NCBI GenBank assembly: GCA_963843145.1
Contig: CAWJJC010000020.1
Span: forward strand, 672,001-736,000
Length of the DNA stretch: 64,000 nt
Reading direction: 5' to 3'
Source of the DNA: an uncultured delta proteobacterium
GTDB lineage: Bacteria; Desulfobacterota; RBG-13-43-22
A program made the translations under genes and the position numbers. Positions 37,815 through 48,415 of this stretch are shown piece by piece; the first letter of the stretch is position 1; each line of letters opens with the position of its first letter. The notes beneath the pieces were generated by a model. The model ran no database searches. It was given only the letters and a program-made list of their open reading frames with translations, and was not told where the DNA came from.

Positions 37815-39136
37815 GCTTAACCCCTACTTCTTGGAAAGCCTTTCAAACCCTGGCCCAGGAAACAGAGACCATCTGCAATTACGGACGCACCACCCAGGTG
37901 ATTGGATTGGTTATTGAGGGCCAGGGGCCCCGGGCGGCAGTGGGCGATATTTGCCACATCGAAAAGAATGATAAGAGTCGAAAAATCCCGGCTGAAGTGG
38001 TCGGGTTTCGGGACCAAAAGATATTACTTATGCCCTTCGGAGCGAGTCAGGGGATTGAACCCGGATGCCGGATTATACCGGCCGGTTTCCCGGCCCTGGC
38101 CCAGGTGGGGGAAGGGCTGCTCGGGCGGGTGATCGACGGCCTGGGGGAACCGCTGGACCAGAAAGGACCGCTCCTCCTGGAAGAAACGCTCCCTTTCCAG
38201 GTTAAGGCCGTTAATCCGGTATTAAGAAAAAGAATTTCGGAGCCCATCGATGTGGGGCTCAAGGCCATTAATGGACTGCTGACCTTGGGCCGGGGACAAC
38301 GCCTGGCCATCATGGCCGGGTCTGGAGTGGGAAAGAGCACCCTACTCGGGATGATGGCCCGCCATACTTCGGCTGAGGTCTCCGTGATCGCCCTGATCGG
38401 GGAACGGGGAAGGGAAGTCCGGGAATTTATCGAGAAAGATTTAGGGGCGGAGGGGCTAAAACGATCGGTGGTCGTGGTGGCCACCTCCGACCAGCCGCCT
38501 TTGATCCGTATCCGGGGAGCATACCTGGCAACGGTGATTGCCGAATTTTTTCGGAACCGGAAAAAAAACGTGCTCTTTATGATGGATTCGATCACCCGTT
38601 TTGCTATGGCTTCCCGGGAAGTGGGCCTGGCCGTGGGGGAGCCGCCGACCACCAAAGGCTACACTCCCAGCGTCTATGCCCAACTGCCGGGTCTGCTGGA
38701 GCGGGTCGGGACGACTCCCGGTCTGGGGAGCATCACCGGGATCTATACGGTGCTGACGGAAGCCGACGATATCAATGACCCCATCGCCGATGCGGTTCGC
38801 TCCGTGGCCGATGGACATATCGTGCTTTCCCGGGATTTGGCCAACCAAAATCATTACCCGGCCATCGATATCCTGGGCAGTATCAGCCGGGTTATGCCCG
38901 ATGTGGTGGATCGAGACCAGTTAGCGGCCCGCAACCAACTGATCGCCACTATGGCCGTTTACAAAAAAGCGGAAGACCTGATAAACCTCGGAGCCTATGT
39001 GACCGGGAGTAATCCCCAGATTGACCAAGCCATTAAAAAGATGCCGGAGATCAACGCCTTCCTTCGACAAGGGGTTGAGGAAAAAGTGGATTTTGCCTCT
39101 ACCTTGATGCAACTGAAAGCGCTGGCCAGTCAATAA
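37811..39136 (+). CDS. fliI: Flagellar export ATPase FliI
   Basis: AGSGVGKST, LIGERGREV, MDSITRFAMA and DGHIVLSR. Confidence 0.97.
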   Translation: MSLTPTSWKAFQTLAQETETICNYGRTTQVIGLVIEGQGPRAAVGDICHIEKNDKSRKIPAEVVGFRDQKILLMPFGASQGIEPGCRIIPAGFPALAQVGEGLLGRVIDGLGEPLDQKGPLLLEETLPFQVKAVNPVLRKRISEPIDVGLKAINGLLTLGRGQRLAIMAGSGVGKSTLLGMMARHTSAEVSVIALIGERGREVREFIEKDLGAEGLKRSVVVVATSDQPPLIRIRGAYLATVIAEFFRNRKKNVLFMMDSITRFAMASREVGLAVGEPPTTKGYTPSVYAQLPGLLERVGTTPGLGSITGIYTVLTEADDINDPIADAVRSVADGHIVLSRDLANQNHYPAIDILGSISRVMPDVVDRDQLAARNQLIATMAVYKKAEDLINLGAYVTGSNPQIDQAIKKMPEINAFLRQGVEEKVDFASTLMQLKALASQ

Positions 39137-39139
39137 TCC

Positions 39140-39589
39140 ATGGCTTTTACCTTTCGACTGCAGTCCCTGTACCTTTGGCGAAAAAATTTAGAAGAGTTGT
39201 CCCAGCTCCGCTTGGCCGGGTACCTTCAAGCCCTGGCCGGACAGGAGGAACGAATGAAGAAACTCCGGGAGATCCGGAAGGCCTATGACGGGGAATGCCG
39301 GCATAAGGCCGGACAGGGGGCAACGGTCTGCGACCTGATCCTCTATCTGGATTATTCAAATGACAGCTTTCGACAACTGGAGGTCCTGGAACTGGAGCGG
39401 AAAAGAAACTTGAAACTTATCGAAACGGAACGGCAAAAACTGATGAACTTAACCCGGGAAAGAAAAATTTTGGAAAAGCTCAAGGAACGGCAGTTCATCA
39501 AATTTTTGTCCGAGCAGGAAAAAAGGGAACGAAAAGCGTCGGATGACCTGCTGGTGCAACGGCGTCCCGTTTCCAGGAAAGGCATCTAA
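39140..39589 (+). CDS. fliJ: Flagellar export protein FliJ
   Basis: FTFRLQSL start, KILEKLKERQ, coiled coil, and position after fliI. Confidence 0.88.
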   Translation: MAFTFRLQSLYLWRKNLEELSQLRLAGYLQALAGQEERMKKLREIRKAYDGECRHKAGQGATVCDLILYLDYSNDSFRQLEVLELERKRNLKLIETERQKLMNLTRERKILEKLKERQFIKFLSEQEKRERKASDDLLVQRRPVSRKGI

Positions 39590-39593
39590 CCCT

Positions 39594-40193
39594 ATGGGAA
39601 CCAGGAAAGGGAGCGCCTTTTTTTATTACTTGCTGGGCCTGCAGGTTTTTTTGCTGGTCTTATTAATCGCTAAGGTCAGCTTGTCCGGGCTTCATTCTCC
39701 GGATAGACCGAAAATAAAACCCGACGCGATTCAGGGACGGCAAACTGTGCGAATCGAGACGACACCCCAAACACCCGCCGCTGACGCCTGGACCAAGGAT
39801 CCGGAAATCCTGAAAGCCCTGCAGGAGAAGTCCCGGGCCCTTGAAATTCAGAAACAACAGGTGGACCAAAAAGAGAAGGATTTGGCCCGGATTCAAATGG
39901 AGATCGACGGAAAAATAAATCAGTTAAATCAGCTACAGGTTCAATTAAAAAAAATAGTGGACCAATCTAAAACGATTCAGGATAAAAAGATTCAGCATCT
40001 TTCAGAAATTTTTTGCGCCATGCTGCCGGATAAAGCGGCCCGAATGATTGAGAAGATGGACGATAAAACCGTTACCGAAGTATTTCAAATCATGCGCAGC
40101 AAGGAAGTGGGTGGAATTTTGACCCATCTGGATCCCGCCCGCGCTGCCAGGATCAGCGCTAACTTGAGTCTGTTGACCCCCCGGGCGAATTAA
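39594..40193 (+). CDS. MotE/MgtE-N-like flagellar protein
   Basis: TM segment, coiled coil, MLPDKAARMIEKMD..ILTHLDPARAA; position after fliJ. Confidence 0.8.
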   Translation: MGTRKGSAFFYYLLGLQVFLLVLLIAKVSLSGLHSPDRPKIKPDAIQGRQTVRIETTPQTPAADAWTKDPEILKALQEKSRALEIQKQQVDQKEKDLARIQMEIDGKINQLNQLQVQLKKIVDQSKTIQDKKIQHLSEIFCAMLPDKAARMIEKMDDKTVTEVFQIMRSKEVGGILTHLDPARAARISANLSLLTPRAN

Positions 40194-40344
40194 GGAAAAA
40201 AATTTCTGCCCTGTCCCGCCTAGCCTGGAAATATTTGCCGCTCAGCCCGACCCTCAGGGGCGGCCTTACCGTTCGTTTATTGTAACTTCTCGAAAATACA
40301 ACTAAAAAAAATGGCCAGGGGCTGGGTTGGAAGAGTTTTAATGA

Positions 40345-40360
40345 TGGCACGACCATTGCT
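40345..40360 (+). promoter_or_regulatory. Sigma54 promoter for fliK-flgD-flgE
   Basis: TGGCACGACCATTGCT, a near-perfect consensus. Confidence 0.88.
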
Positions 40361-40378
40361 TTACCCTGTGGTCAAACC

Positions 40379-42176
40379 ATGGAAACACTTGCCCCTAGCC
40401 CCTTGACCCGGTTAAAAATCCAGGACGCTCCTCCGGAGTTTGCTCCGAAAAATCCGCCGGAGCGCTTTGCCCAGGTAATATCCCGTCAAGAAAAGTCTAA
40501 CCGCCCTAAAAAAAATGCGATGGGTTTAGAGCGGGAAGAAGCGGGAGCGAATATTCCTTTGCCTCCCAAAAAGAAAGCCAAGCAGGAGAGCCCGGACCCG
40601 GTGACTGATCCGGAAGTCACGGCCTTGCTAACGCCTCCGACCTCGAATACCGTCCTCCCGAGTCCCCCGAGCCCACAGCAGGACCTAAAAGACCCGACTT
40701 TGTTCCCGAAACCCGAGGGCCAGACTCCCACCCCGGCCCTCGCCTCGACGGAGGTAAAGCCGCAGGATTCGCTTCTGGCAGTGGACCTCGAAGACCAGAC
40801 TTTTCTCCTTAAACTCATACCCCAGGCCTCTAATTCGGCCATGGCCTCTACGGATCAAATCGGTCCCGGTGCCAAGAGCCAGCCCGGGCCGGAGGATTTC
40901 CTTATTACCAGCGAAACCGGACCTGCATCTGCTCCGGCCGCTGTTCAGCCCTTAGGAGCTTTAAGAGAAAATCCGTCTGATTTCAAAGACGCTTGAAAAT
41001 CTGATTCTTTTCCCCACCCCGGAATCTTTAACCATTGAACAAAAGGTTTCTCCGGAGACGACGGGGAATGTTATGCGGTCTTCCCAGACAACGACGGAAA
41101 ACAATCTGTCGTTCTCCCCCCAGGGTCCGGCCATCCCGGAGACTACCTCGGCAGTTGATGGTCCGGACCCCTCCCCTTCGTTAATTCTCCAGGAGATCGC
41201 GCTGAAAGGCCAGGCTGGCGCGTCCCCTGCCCAAGAGATAAAACCCGAATCTCAGGAACCCTCTTTAGTAACCTTATCCAGGACAGAAAAGGTCGCTACC
41301 GCGCCAATAGTGGAGGGCCCGCCGTCCGTGGAGGCGAACCGGGTTGTCTCCAATTCGCCAGCAGTAAAGATTTCCACTACGGACACCTCTCCGCCGACTT
41401 CGAAAGAGATCCTTTCTGGCAGGGATATCTCCTCCTTAGCAAAGGCGGAAGGAGCGCCTGCCCCCGAGAAGACCTCCCCGAGATTAACCGGTCTGGGTCC
41501 GGAACCTTCTTCCCTTCACCAGGCCCCGCTGGAAAAAGTGGAACCGGGGATCACCCTCCGGAATCCTGGTGAAAACCTGCCCGCTTCTGGGGATCAGGAG
41601 ACGAATAACCCTTCCCGGATCCAGAACGACACCCACCACGGAAGTATAACCGAGTTCCTCAACCAACCCAGAATCGAAGGGATCTCGGCCGATCGTCCCA
41701 TTGAGGGGCCACCGAAAGCGTCTCCGGAATGGATCAAAGAGGCCCTCTCCGTTTATCAACAGTACAGCAAAGGGCTTCTCCGTAATCTCCAGCAGGCCGG
41801 AGAACGTATCCAAATGACCCTCGATCCGCCTCAATTGGGCAACATTCTAGTGGAGATTAATCGCGACCGAAATTTCGTTACCGCCCATTTGTGGACCGAC
41901 AATCCCCACACCAAGGAACTGTTGGACTTCAGCCGGGGGCAGCTTCAAAAGACACTGAAATTGGACGGCTTCCAACTCGACCGGTTCGAGGTCCTGGTAC
42001 AGCCGGACTTAAAATCCTTTCAGGAGGAGCGCTGGTTCGGGGGCCGGCAACCGGCTTGGGAAAACAACCGGCAAGAGGGGAGCCGCGCCTCGCCGGCCGC
42101 ACTGATCCCCATTTCTCCGGGGACGGTACCTCTCCGTTTCAGCCAGGGCAATCAATACGTGGACACTTGGGTCTAA
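40379..42176 (+). CDS. fliK: Hook-length control protein FliK, split by a frameshift at ~40965-40996
   Basis: Pro/Ser-rich N-terminal part; C-terminal IQMTLDPPQLGNILVEI domain; lies before flgD; the second frame is open from 40965. Confidence 0.85.
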
Positions 42177-42198
42177 TTCAAAAAAAGAGGAAAAGGAA

Positions 42199-42858
42199 AT
42201 GACAACCAGCGCGATAAACGCAGCCACGACGACCGGCACTTCAACCAACCCGACCTCAAAAAATAATACGTTGAATCAGGCGGACTTCCTGAATATTTTT
42301 GTCACCCAGTTGAAGTATCAAGACCCCTTACAGCCATTGGATAACTCCCAGATGGCCTCTCAAATGGCCCAGTTCAGCATGGTCCAATCACTGAACAGCA
42401 TGACCGAATCCATGAAGAATATGGAAAGCTCCCAGGCGGCGGTTAACAACCTGCAGGCCGCTTCCCTGGTAGGCAAGAAGGTGGAGGTCAAAGGGAGCAC
42501 CCTGTCCCTCAGCCAAGGAACCGCCTCGGAAGGAAGCTACCAACTGGATAAACCGGGAAAGGTGACCATCAAGATTATGGATGAGAAGGGGAGTCTGGTT
42601 CGGGTCATCGAATCCGGAGTCACGGATACCCAAAAACAAAAATTCGTCTGGGATGGCAAAAACCAGCAAGGGGCCACTTTGCCCGATGGGCAGTACAGTT
42701 TTCAGGTCTCGGCCGTCGATGCGCAGGGCACGGCCATCGGGGTCAACACGACCATGGTAGGAAAGGTGGACGGCGTATCCCTCGACCAGGGAACGGCCTA
42801 CCTCCAGATAGGGTCCAATAAAGTTCTTTTATCGGAAATCATAGCCATTTTGGCTTAA
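42199..42858 (+). CDS. flgD: Hook capping protein FlgD
   Basis: FLNIFVTQLKYQDPLQP and FVWDGKNQQGATLPDGQY. Confidence 0.96.
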   Translation: MTTSAINAATTTGTSTNPTSKNNTLNQADFLNIFVTQLKYQDPLQPLDNSQMASQMAQFSMVQSLNSMTESMKNMESSQAAVNNLQAASLVGKKVEVKGSTLSLSQGTASEGSYQLDKPGKVTIKIMDEKGSLVRVIESGVTDTQKQKFVWDGKNQQGATLPDGQYSFQVSAVDAQGTAIGVNTTMVGKVDGVSLDQGTAYLQIGSNKVLLSEIIAILA

Positions 42859-42876
42859 CAAAAAAGGAGGACAGTC

Positions 42877-44196
42877 ATGGGAATCGGATCAGCATTTTAT
42901 ACGGGACTCAGCGGGTTGGACACCAGCGGGATGGCCATGGGGGTCATGGGGGATAACCTGGCCAATAGCGGCACCACCGGCTATAAGGGCAGCTCCATTT
43001 ATTTCAGCGATGTCCTGGGCCTGAGTCTTACCGGAGTATCCGGGGGTAACCGGGTGGGGGCTGGGTCCAAAACCCAGGCGGTGGACGTCAATTTTACCCA
43101 GGGCACCTTTGAAACCACCGGGTCCGGGACCGACGTGGCCATCAACGGGAACGGCTTTTTTGTAGTCCGGAATCCCGGTGACGGGGCGGAGTATTTCACC
43201 CGGGACGGCCATATGAGCATCGATAATGAAGGCTATTATATCAACAGCCAAGGGTACCGGATCCAGGGATATAAATACGGCCTGGATTCCGTTACCAAAG
43301 AGTATGCTCTGGAAGAAACCTTAACGGATTTAAAGGTGACCCCCGGCAGCATCAACCCCCCGATAGCCACCACCGCCGCGACCATGAAATTGAATTTGGA
43401 TGCTTCCGCGGACATCAAAACGACGGCTTGGTCTATAGTCAACCCTTCAGCCCCACCGGCTACTATACCCCCAACTCCGGATATGTATAATTTTTCGGCG
43501 CCGGTGACCATCTATGACTCCCTGGGCTCCAGTCATGTGATTCAAGTCTTTTTCACCAAGACCGCCGCCTCCACCTGGGATTGGCACGCCTTGATCGATG
43601 GCGGCGATGTGACCGGAGGTACCGCCGGGGCGCCGCAGTTGTTTGGTTCCGGGGTCGGCATGGCCTTTGATCCGGCAACCGGAAAATTGACCGCCCCCTT
43701 GGCCGCGGTACCCTTTCACGCGGGGGGATTAACCTTCCAGAATGGGAGTCCCTCCATCGCCAGTACGCTTGATTTCGCCGACAGCGTATCCTTTGCCTCC
43801 CCCTCCCTGCTCCAGGACCTGAGTCAGAACGGTTTTCCGGCCGGCAGCGCCACCTCGGTTTCAATCGATGAGTTTGGGAACTTGACGGCCGCCTACTCCA
43901 ACGGCACCAATAAACCCCTGTTCCGTATGGCCCTGGCCACCTTCAAAAGTCTAAGCGGCCTGGAGCGAAAAGGGCTGACCCTTTACCAGAACACCATTGC
44001 TTCCGGCGACCCCCTCTACGGAAAGGCCGGGGAAGGGAGTTTGGGAAAGATCAACCCCACCATGCTGGAAGCGGCCAACGTGGATCTGGCCTCGGAGATG
44101 ATCAAAATGATCATCGTGCAGCGGGCCTACCAGGCCAACGCCAAGGTCATCACCATGGTCGATGAGATGATGCAGGCCGTTCAAAATATCCGCTAA
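42877..44196 (+). CDS. flgE: Flagellar hook protein FlgE
   Basis: GDNLANSGTTGYK, IYDSLG, LEAANVDLASE and QRAYQANAKVIT. Confidence 0.96.
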   Translation: MGIGSAFYTGLSGLDTSGMAMGVMGDNLANSGTTGYKGSSIYFSDVLGLSLTGVSGGNRVGAGSKTQAVDVNFTQGTFETTGSGTDVAINGNGFFVVRNPGDGAEYFTRDGHMSIDNEGYYINSQGYRIQGYKYGLDSVTKEYALEETLTDLKVTPGSINPPIATTAATMKLNLDASADIKTTAWSIVNPSAPPATIPPTPDMYNFSAPVTIYDSLGSSHVIQVFFTKTAASTWDWHALIDGGDVTGGTAGAPQLFGSGVGMAFDPATGKLTAPLAAVPFHAGGLTFQNGSPSIASTLDFADSVSFASPSLLQDLSQNGFPAGSATSVSIDEFGNLTAAYSNGTNKPLFRMALATFKSLSGLERKGLTLYQNTIASGDPLYGKAGEGSLGKINPTMLEAANVDLASEMIKMIIVQRAYQANAKVITMVDEMMQAVQNIR

Positions 44197-44218
44197 CTGC
44201 TTTGAGAGCCTTTAAGGG

Positions 44219-44269
44219 TACGGGAGGGGACTTCGGCCAGCTCAGCCAAGCCGTTCAGCCCCTCCCGTA
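44219..44269 (+). terminator. Hairpin after flgE (probable terminator or stabiliser)
   Basis: TACGGGAGGGG...CCCCTCCCGTA 11-bp stem with a long loop, followed by AT-rich sequence. Confidence 0.55.
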
Positions 44270-44278
44270 TTCACTAAT

Positions 44279-44613
44279 TATTAATTGGTTGTTCGCCCTT
44301 TTGGGTGGGTGGCCACAATATCTGGTAGATTAGACTGAAATCAGGCCTTCGTGGCCGATGGGTCTCGGCGAAAGGGTTTTCCACCTTGCTTTATAGGTTC
44401 TAACCCGGCCCCCATGTTTCTAAATCTTCACGGAGGCAGGGCCGGCCGAAGAAGCATCAAAAGCCTTTGAGTTTGGGCCTGCTTCAAATAAAATTGGTAA
44501 TTTAGGCCCGGATTCGAAGTCCGGAGTACCTTTGGAAAGCCCTTTCGCCGAGACCCATCGGCCATACCAGATCTGGGGGGTACCCACCCAAAAGGGCGAA
44601 GCGTCTATTAATT
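44279..44613. mobile_element. 319-bp MITE-like non-autonomous element (44287-44605) with long inverted repeats and 8-bp target duplication TATTAATT
   Basis: TATTAATT at 44279-44286 and 44606-44613; inverted arms 44292-44310/44582-44600 (19/19) and 44352-44383/44533-44564 (31/32); no credible ORF. Confidence 0.78.
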
Positions 44614-44833
44614 TAACGCCGCCTTCGACTCGGCCGGAAGAAGTGGGTTCCGGCCCGGGATAACTCCGCGATCCCACTCCTCCAACACGCTCCCGATCGG
44701 TCTTAGCGTACGAAACGGAATCTCGCGCCCTTCGGCCCGGACATGCAGAGACGGAGTCCCTCTCCGCCCGCCCCTTGGTCATCCCGGGTTTGTTGCGGGC
44801 GGAAAAATATAAAACCCTGCCGGACGCTCGACT

Positions 44834-44847
44834 GTCAACCGATTGAC
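44834..44847. promoter_or_regulatory. FleQ-box-like enhancer upstream of the fliL promoter
   Basis: GTCAACCGATTGAC, about 100 bp upstream of a sigma54 promoter. Confidence 0.6.
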
Positions 44848-44949
44848 GCTTACCCTTCGAATTGACGAACTCTCCCCGACGCCCTGTCCCCACATGAAAA
44901 ATAAACCATAGATAACAACTAGTTAAGTAATACCGCTTCGATTCCCATC

Positions 44950-44965
44950 TGGCATAGGCTTTGCT
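44950..44965 (+). promoter_or_regulatory. Sigma54 promoter for the fliL operon
   Basis: TGGCATAGGCTTTGCT. Confidence 0.82.
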
Positions 44966-45056
44966 TAATAGGAAGTCGACGTCGCCACCCAGGGTAATCC
45001 CCTCCGCCAAGGAGGACCTAAGTTTGCGACCCTATCACTAAAACCGATGGACAGCG

Positions 45057-45596
45057 ATGGCTAAGAAAATAGCAGAAATTCCCCCCGAATCTCAGGATGA
45101 AGACAGCCCGGTTCCGCAGAAATCGGCTTTGAAAAAATGGCTGATCCTGGGGGGCCTGGTGTTCATCCTGCTGGCGGCCGGGGGTGGGGCGGCCGTCTTT
45201 TTTCTCCCGGAGTATCTGCCCGAACCGCTCAATTTTTTTGACCAAAAACCGGCCAAAGGCTCCCCGGCCCACAAAAAACCCCCTGAAGAGGAACGAGGCC
45301 ACATTTACACCATGGACCCCCTCATCGTCAATCTAGCCGATGCCGACCAGAACCGGTACTTAAAAATTCGAATCAACCTGGAAAGTACGAAGCCGGAAGC
45401 GAACGAGGAATTTTCCAAGAAACTGCCCTTGATCAAGGATACCATCCTGACCATTTTGTCCCAAAAAAAGAGTGAAGAAATGTTTCCCTCTTCCGGCAAG
45501 GAAAAATTGAAAGCGGAAATGTTGCGCTCGATTAATCCCAACTTGCTCGAATTGAAAATAAAAGCCGTTTATTTTAGCGAATTCGTCATCCAATGA
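45057..45596 (+). CDS. fliL: Flagellar basal-body protein FliL
   Basis: TM segment, LIVNLAD..RYLKI and VYFSEFVIQ. Confidence 0.95.
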   Translation: MAKKIAEIPPESQDEDSPVPQKSALKKWLILGGLVFILLAAGGGAAVFFLPEYLPEPLNFFDQKPAKGSPAHKKPPEEERGHIYTMDPLIVNLADADQNRYLKIRINLESTKPEANEEFSKKLPLIKDTILTILSQKKSEEMFPSSGKEKLKAEMLRSINPNLLELKIKAVYFSEFVIQ

Positions 45597-46576
45597 GCAA
45601 AATTTTATCTCAGGAAGAAATCGATGCCCTCCTCTTCGGAGTGGAGGAGGGAGCGGTCCCCACGCAGCCGGATCAGCCGGTTGATTCGGTGGTGGTTCCT
45701 TATGACCTGACCAACCAAGACCGCGTTATCCGGGAAAGAATGCCTTCCCTGGAAATCATCAATGACCAGTTTTCCCGTTTTATCCGGAACACCCTCTCTT
45801 CTGCGCTGCGAAAAATCCTGGAAGTCAGCATCCAGGGCATCCAGATGATTAAATTCGGTGAATTCATCCGCACTCTTCCCGTCCCCAGCAGCCTGCATAT
45901 CTTTAAGATGGAGCCCCTGCGCGGGCACGCCATTTTAGTGCTGGATCCCAAGATGGTTTTCACCTTGATCGATGTGTTCCTGGGGGGAACCGGGAAAGGG
46001 ACTTACCGTATCGAGGGACGGGAATTTACGGCCATTGAATCTCGGTTGATCTACCGGGTGGTGGTGATGATCCTGACCGAACTGGAAAAGGCCTGGCATC
46101 CCGTGCATCCAGTGAGCATTCAATATGTACGCAGCGAAATCAATCCCCAGTTTGTCAGTATCGTCGGACCGAACGACCTGATGATCATGACGACCTTCGG
46201 ACTGGAGCTGGAACACTTTACGGGAATGATCAACATTTGCATCCCCTATGCCCTGCTGGAACCGATCAAAAACAAACTCTATTCCGGGTACCAGCGCGAT
46301 CGACTGGCGGTCGATAAAGGCTGGATCCGGCGCTTTGAAGCCGGCATCCAGCAGGCGGAAATCGACCTGGTCGTGGAACTGGGGCGGACCCAGCTTAAAG
46401 TGAAGGATTTGCTGAAACTGAAAATAGGCGACACCCTGGTACTCAATACCGAAGCCAACGATTGTCTGATCGCTAAAGTGCAGGGAGTTCCCAAGTATCT
46501 GGGACACTCCGGACTGTATGGTGCGAATAAGGCCTTCCAAGTCAAAGAAAAGATATCCCTGCCCCGAAATGGTTAA
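45593..46576 (+). CDS. fliM: Motor switch protein FliM
   Basis: ILSQEEIDALL, FLGGTG and GREFTAIE. Confidence 0.97.
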   Translation: MSKILSQEEIDALLFGVEEGAVPTQPDQPVDSVVVPYDLTNQDRVIRERMPSLEIINDQFSRFIRNTLSSALRKILEVSIQGIQMIKFGEFIRTLPVPSSLHIFKMEPLRGHAILVLDPKMVFTLIDVFLGGTGKGTYRIEGREFTAIESRLIYRVVVMILTELEKAWHPVHPVSIQYVRSEINPQFVSIVGPNDLMIMTTFGLELEHFTGMINICIPYALLEPIKNKLYSGYQRDRLAVDKGWIRRFEAGIQQAEIDLVVELGRTQLKVKDLLKLKIGDTLVLNTEANDCLIAKVQGVPKYLGHSGLYGANKAFQVKEKISLPRNG

Positions 46577-46588
46577 AAGAGGTTAACG

Positions 46589-46954
46589 ATGGAAGAACAA
46601 GCGACCCCGCTGAACGAAGAGGAACTGCAAGAAGTCATGGAGATGGAATTGGATCCCCTGGAAAACCGGTCTCCTGAGCCCAACGGACCGACCGTTACCA
46701 ACCTGGATTTCATCCTGGATATCCCCATGGAGGTTTCCGTGGAACTGGGCCGGTCCAAAATGTTGATCAGCGATCTGCTGCAACTGGGTCAAGGTTCGGT
46801 CATCGAATTGACCAAACTGGCCGGGGAACCATTGGAAGTGCTGGTCAATCAAAGATTGATCGCCCGGGGAGAAGTGGTGGTGGTGAATGAAAAATTCGGC
46901 ATCCGGCTGACGGATATCATCAGCCCCACCGAACGGGTCAAGCGGTTGGGCTGA
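46589..46954 (+). CDS. fliN: Motor switch protein FliN
   Basis: ILDIPMEVSVELG and GEVVVVNEKFGIRLTDI. Confidence 0.97.
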   Translation: MEEQATPLNEEELQEVMEMELDPLENRSPEPNGPTVTNLDFILDIPMEVSVELGRSKMLISDLLQLGQGSVIELTKLAGEPLEVLVNQRLIARGEVVVVNEKFGIRLTDIISPTERVKRLG

Positions 46955-46966
46955 GCGGGATTGGAC

Positions 46967-47359
46967 ATGGGCTGGGTGGTATTTAAAATGTTGTTTGCGC
47001 TGAGCCTGGTTCTGGGCCTGCTGTTTCTGCTGGTTCGGGTCTTGAAGCGAACCCCGCTGATTCGAAAAGATCTCCCCACGGATTTTGACATTCGAGTCCT
47101 GACCACCAAACCGATCGCTCCTCGGAAGTTCATTTCCTTAGTGGAAATCGGCGGAGAAGTGCTGGCTCTGGGGATTTCGGAGGCCCAGGTCAGTTACCTG
47201 ACAAAAATTGAAAACCCGGAATGGCTAAAAAAATGGAAGCAGGGGACTCCCCCCGGTCCTGCCGGCACGCTGCCCGCCTGGATGGGAAATTTTCCATTGA
47301 AGAAAAGAAAAACCATCTCCTCCTCCGAGGAAAGAAGGGTATACGAGAATGGGGAATAA
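46967..47359 (+). CDS. fliO: Flagellar biosynthesis protein FliO
   Basis: N-terminal [18 protein letters not shown], and position between fliN and fliP. Confidence 0.88.
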   Translation: MGWVVFKMLFALSLVLGLLFLLVRVLKRTPLIRKDLPTDFDIRVLTTKPIAPRKFISLVEIGGEVLALGISEAQVSYLTKIENPEWLKKWKQGTPPGPAGTLPAWMGNFPLKKRKTISSSEERRVYENGE

Positions 47360-48122
47360 AAGCCTTCTCTCTATCATCCCGGTAATCGTGGTCGGCTGGG
47401 CGATCGGATTGACGCCCGCCGTCTGCTGGGGGCAAGGCTCTGCCTTGCCTCTTCCCGCCTTGAATATCGGCTTGGGGGCGGCGAAAAACCCGGGGGACGT
47501 TTCGGTCCTCGTTCAAATTCTTTTCCTCCTGACGGTCCTTTCTCTGGCCCCGGCGATCCTGATTATGATGACCTCCTTTACCCGCCTGGCTATCGTTTTT
47601 TCCTTTATACGTCATGCCATCGGCACCCAGCAGATGCCCCCCAACCAGATCCTGATCGGCTTGTCCCTGTTTTTGACCTTTTTTATCATGACCCCGGTCT
47701 GGCAGTCGGTCAAGACCACCGCCTGGGATCCCTATATGAAGAAGACCATCAACCAGGAGCAGGCCTTGGAAGCGGCGGCCAAGCCGGTGCGGGCCTTTAT
47801 GTTCAAACAGACTCGGGAAAAAGACCTGGCCCTGTTCGTCAACTTGGCCAAAATCGTCAAGCCTAAGAATACCGAAGACATCCCGACCACGGTGCTGGTC
47901 CCGGCCTTTATGATCAGCGAGTTGAAAACCGCCTTTCAAATTGGATTTGTCCTCTTTCTCCCTTTTTTGGTGATCGACCTGGTGGTGTCCAGCATCCTCC
48001 TCTCCATGGGCATGATGATGCTGCCGCCGGTGATGATCTCCCTGCCGTTCAAGATCTTGTTGTTTGTCCTGGTGGACGGCTGGCATTTAATTGTAGGTTC
48101 TCTGGTAAAAAGTTTCCTGTAA
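47349..48122 (+). CDS. fliP: Export gate protein FliP
   Basis: [25 protein letters not shown] and MGMMMLPP. Confidence 0.97.
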   Translation: MGNKSLLSIIPVIVVGWAIGLTPAVCWGQGSALPLPALNIGLGAAKNPGDVSVLVQILFLLTVLSLAPAILIMMTSFTRLAIVFSFIRHAIGTQQMPPNQILIGLSLFLTFFIMTPVWQSVKTTAWDPYMKKTINQEQALEAAAKPVRAFMFKQTREKDLALFVNLAKIVKPKNTEDIPTTVLVPAFMISELKTAFQIGFVLFLPFLVIDLVVSSILLSMGMMMLPPVMISLPFKILLFVLVDGWHLIVGSLVKSFL

Positions 48123-48138
48123 GGAGCGAGGTGCCTTC

Positions 48139-48408
48139 ATGACCCCGGAAATGGTAATCAGCCTGGCCAAAGAGACCGTGGAATTGACCTTGCTGATCTC
48201 CCTGCCCATGCTGGCCGTAGGCTTGATTATCGGCGTGGGAATCGGCTTGCTGCAGTCCCTGACCCAGATCCAGGAGATGACCCTGGTCTTGGTACCCAAG
48301 ATTATCGCCACCCTGCTGGTTCTGCTTTTCATGCTGCCCTGGATGATGAATAAGATGACGGCCTATACCGAACAACTGATCCTCAACATTCCTACTTACG
48401 CCAAATGA
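48139..48408 (+). CDS. fliQ: Export gate protein FliQ
   Basis: QSLTQIQEMTLVLVPKI. Confidence 0.96.
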   Translation: MTPEMVISLAKETVELTLLISLPMLAVGLIIGVGIGLLQSLTQIQEMTLVLVPKIIATLLVLLFMLPWMMNKMTAYTEQLILNIPTYAK

Positions 48409-48415
48409 GGGAACT

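Noticed and set aside
44287-44605. Structured element as SRP, 6S, RNase P, tmRNA or a c-di-GMP riboswitch
   Set aside because: I could not find the diagnostic conserved motifs. The flanking duplication and terminal repeats fit a mobile-element origin better.
44420-45010. 196-aa minus-strand ORF in the flgE-fliL gap
   Set aside because: It crosses the MITE-like element, enhancer and sigma54 promoter, has no recognisable motif, and is probably spurious.
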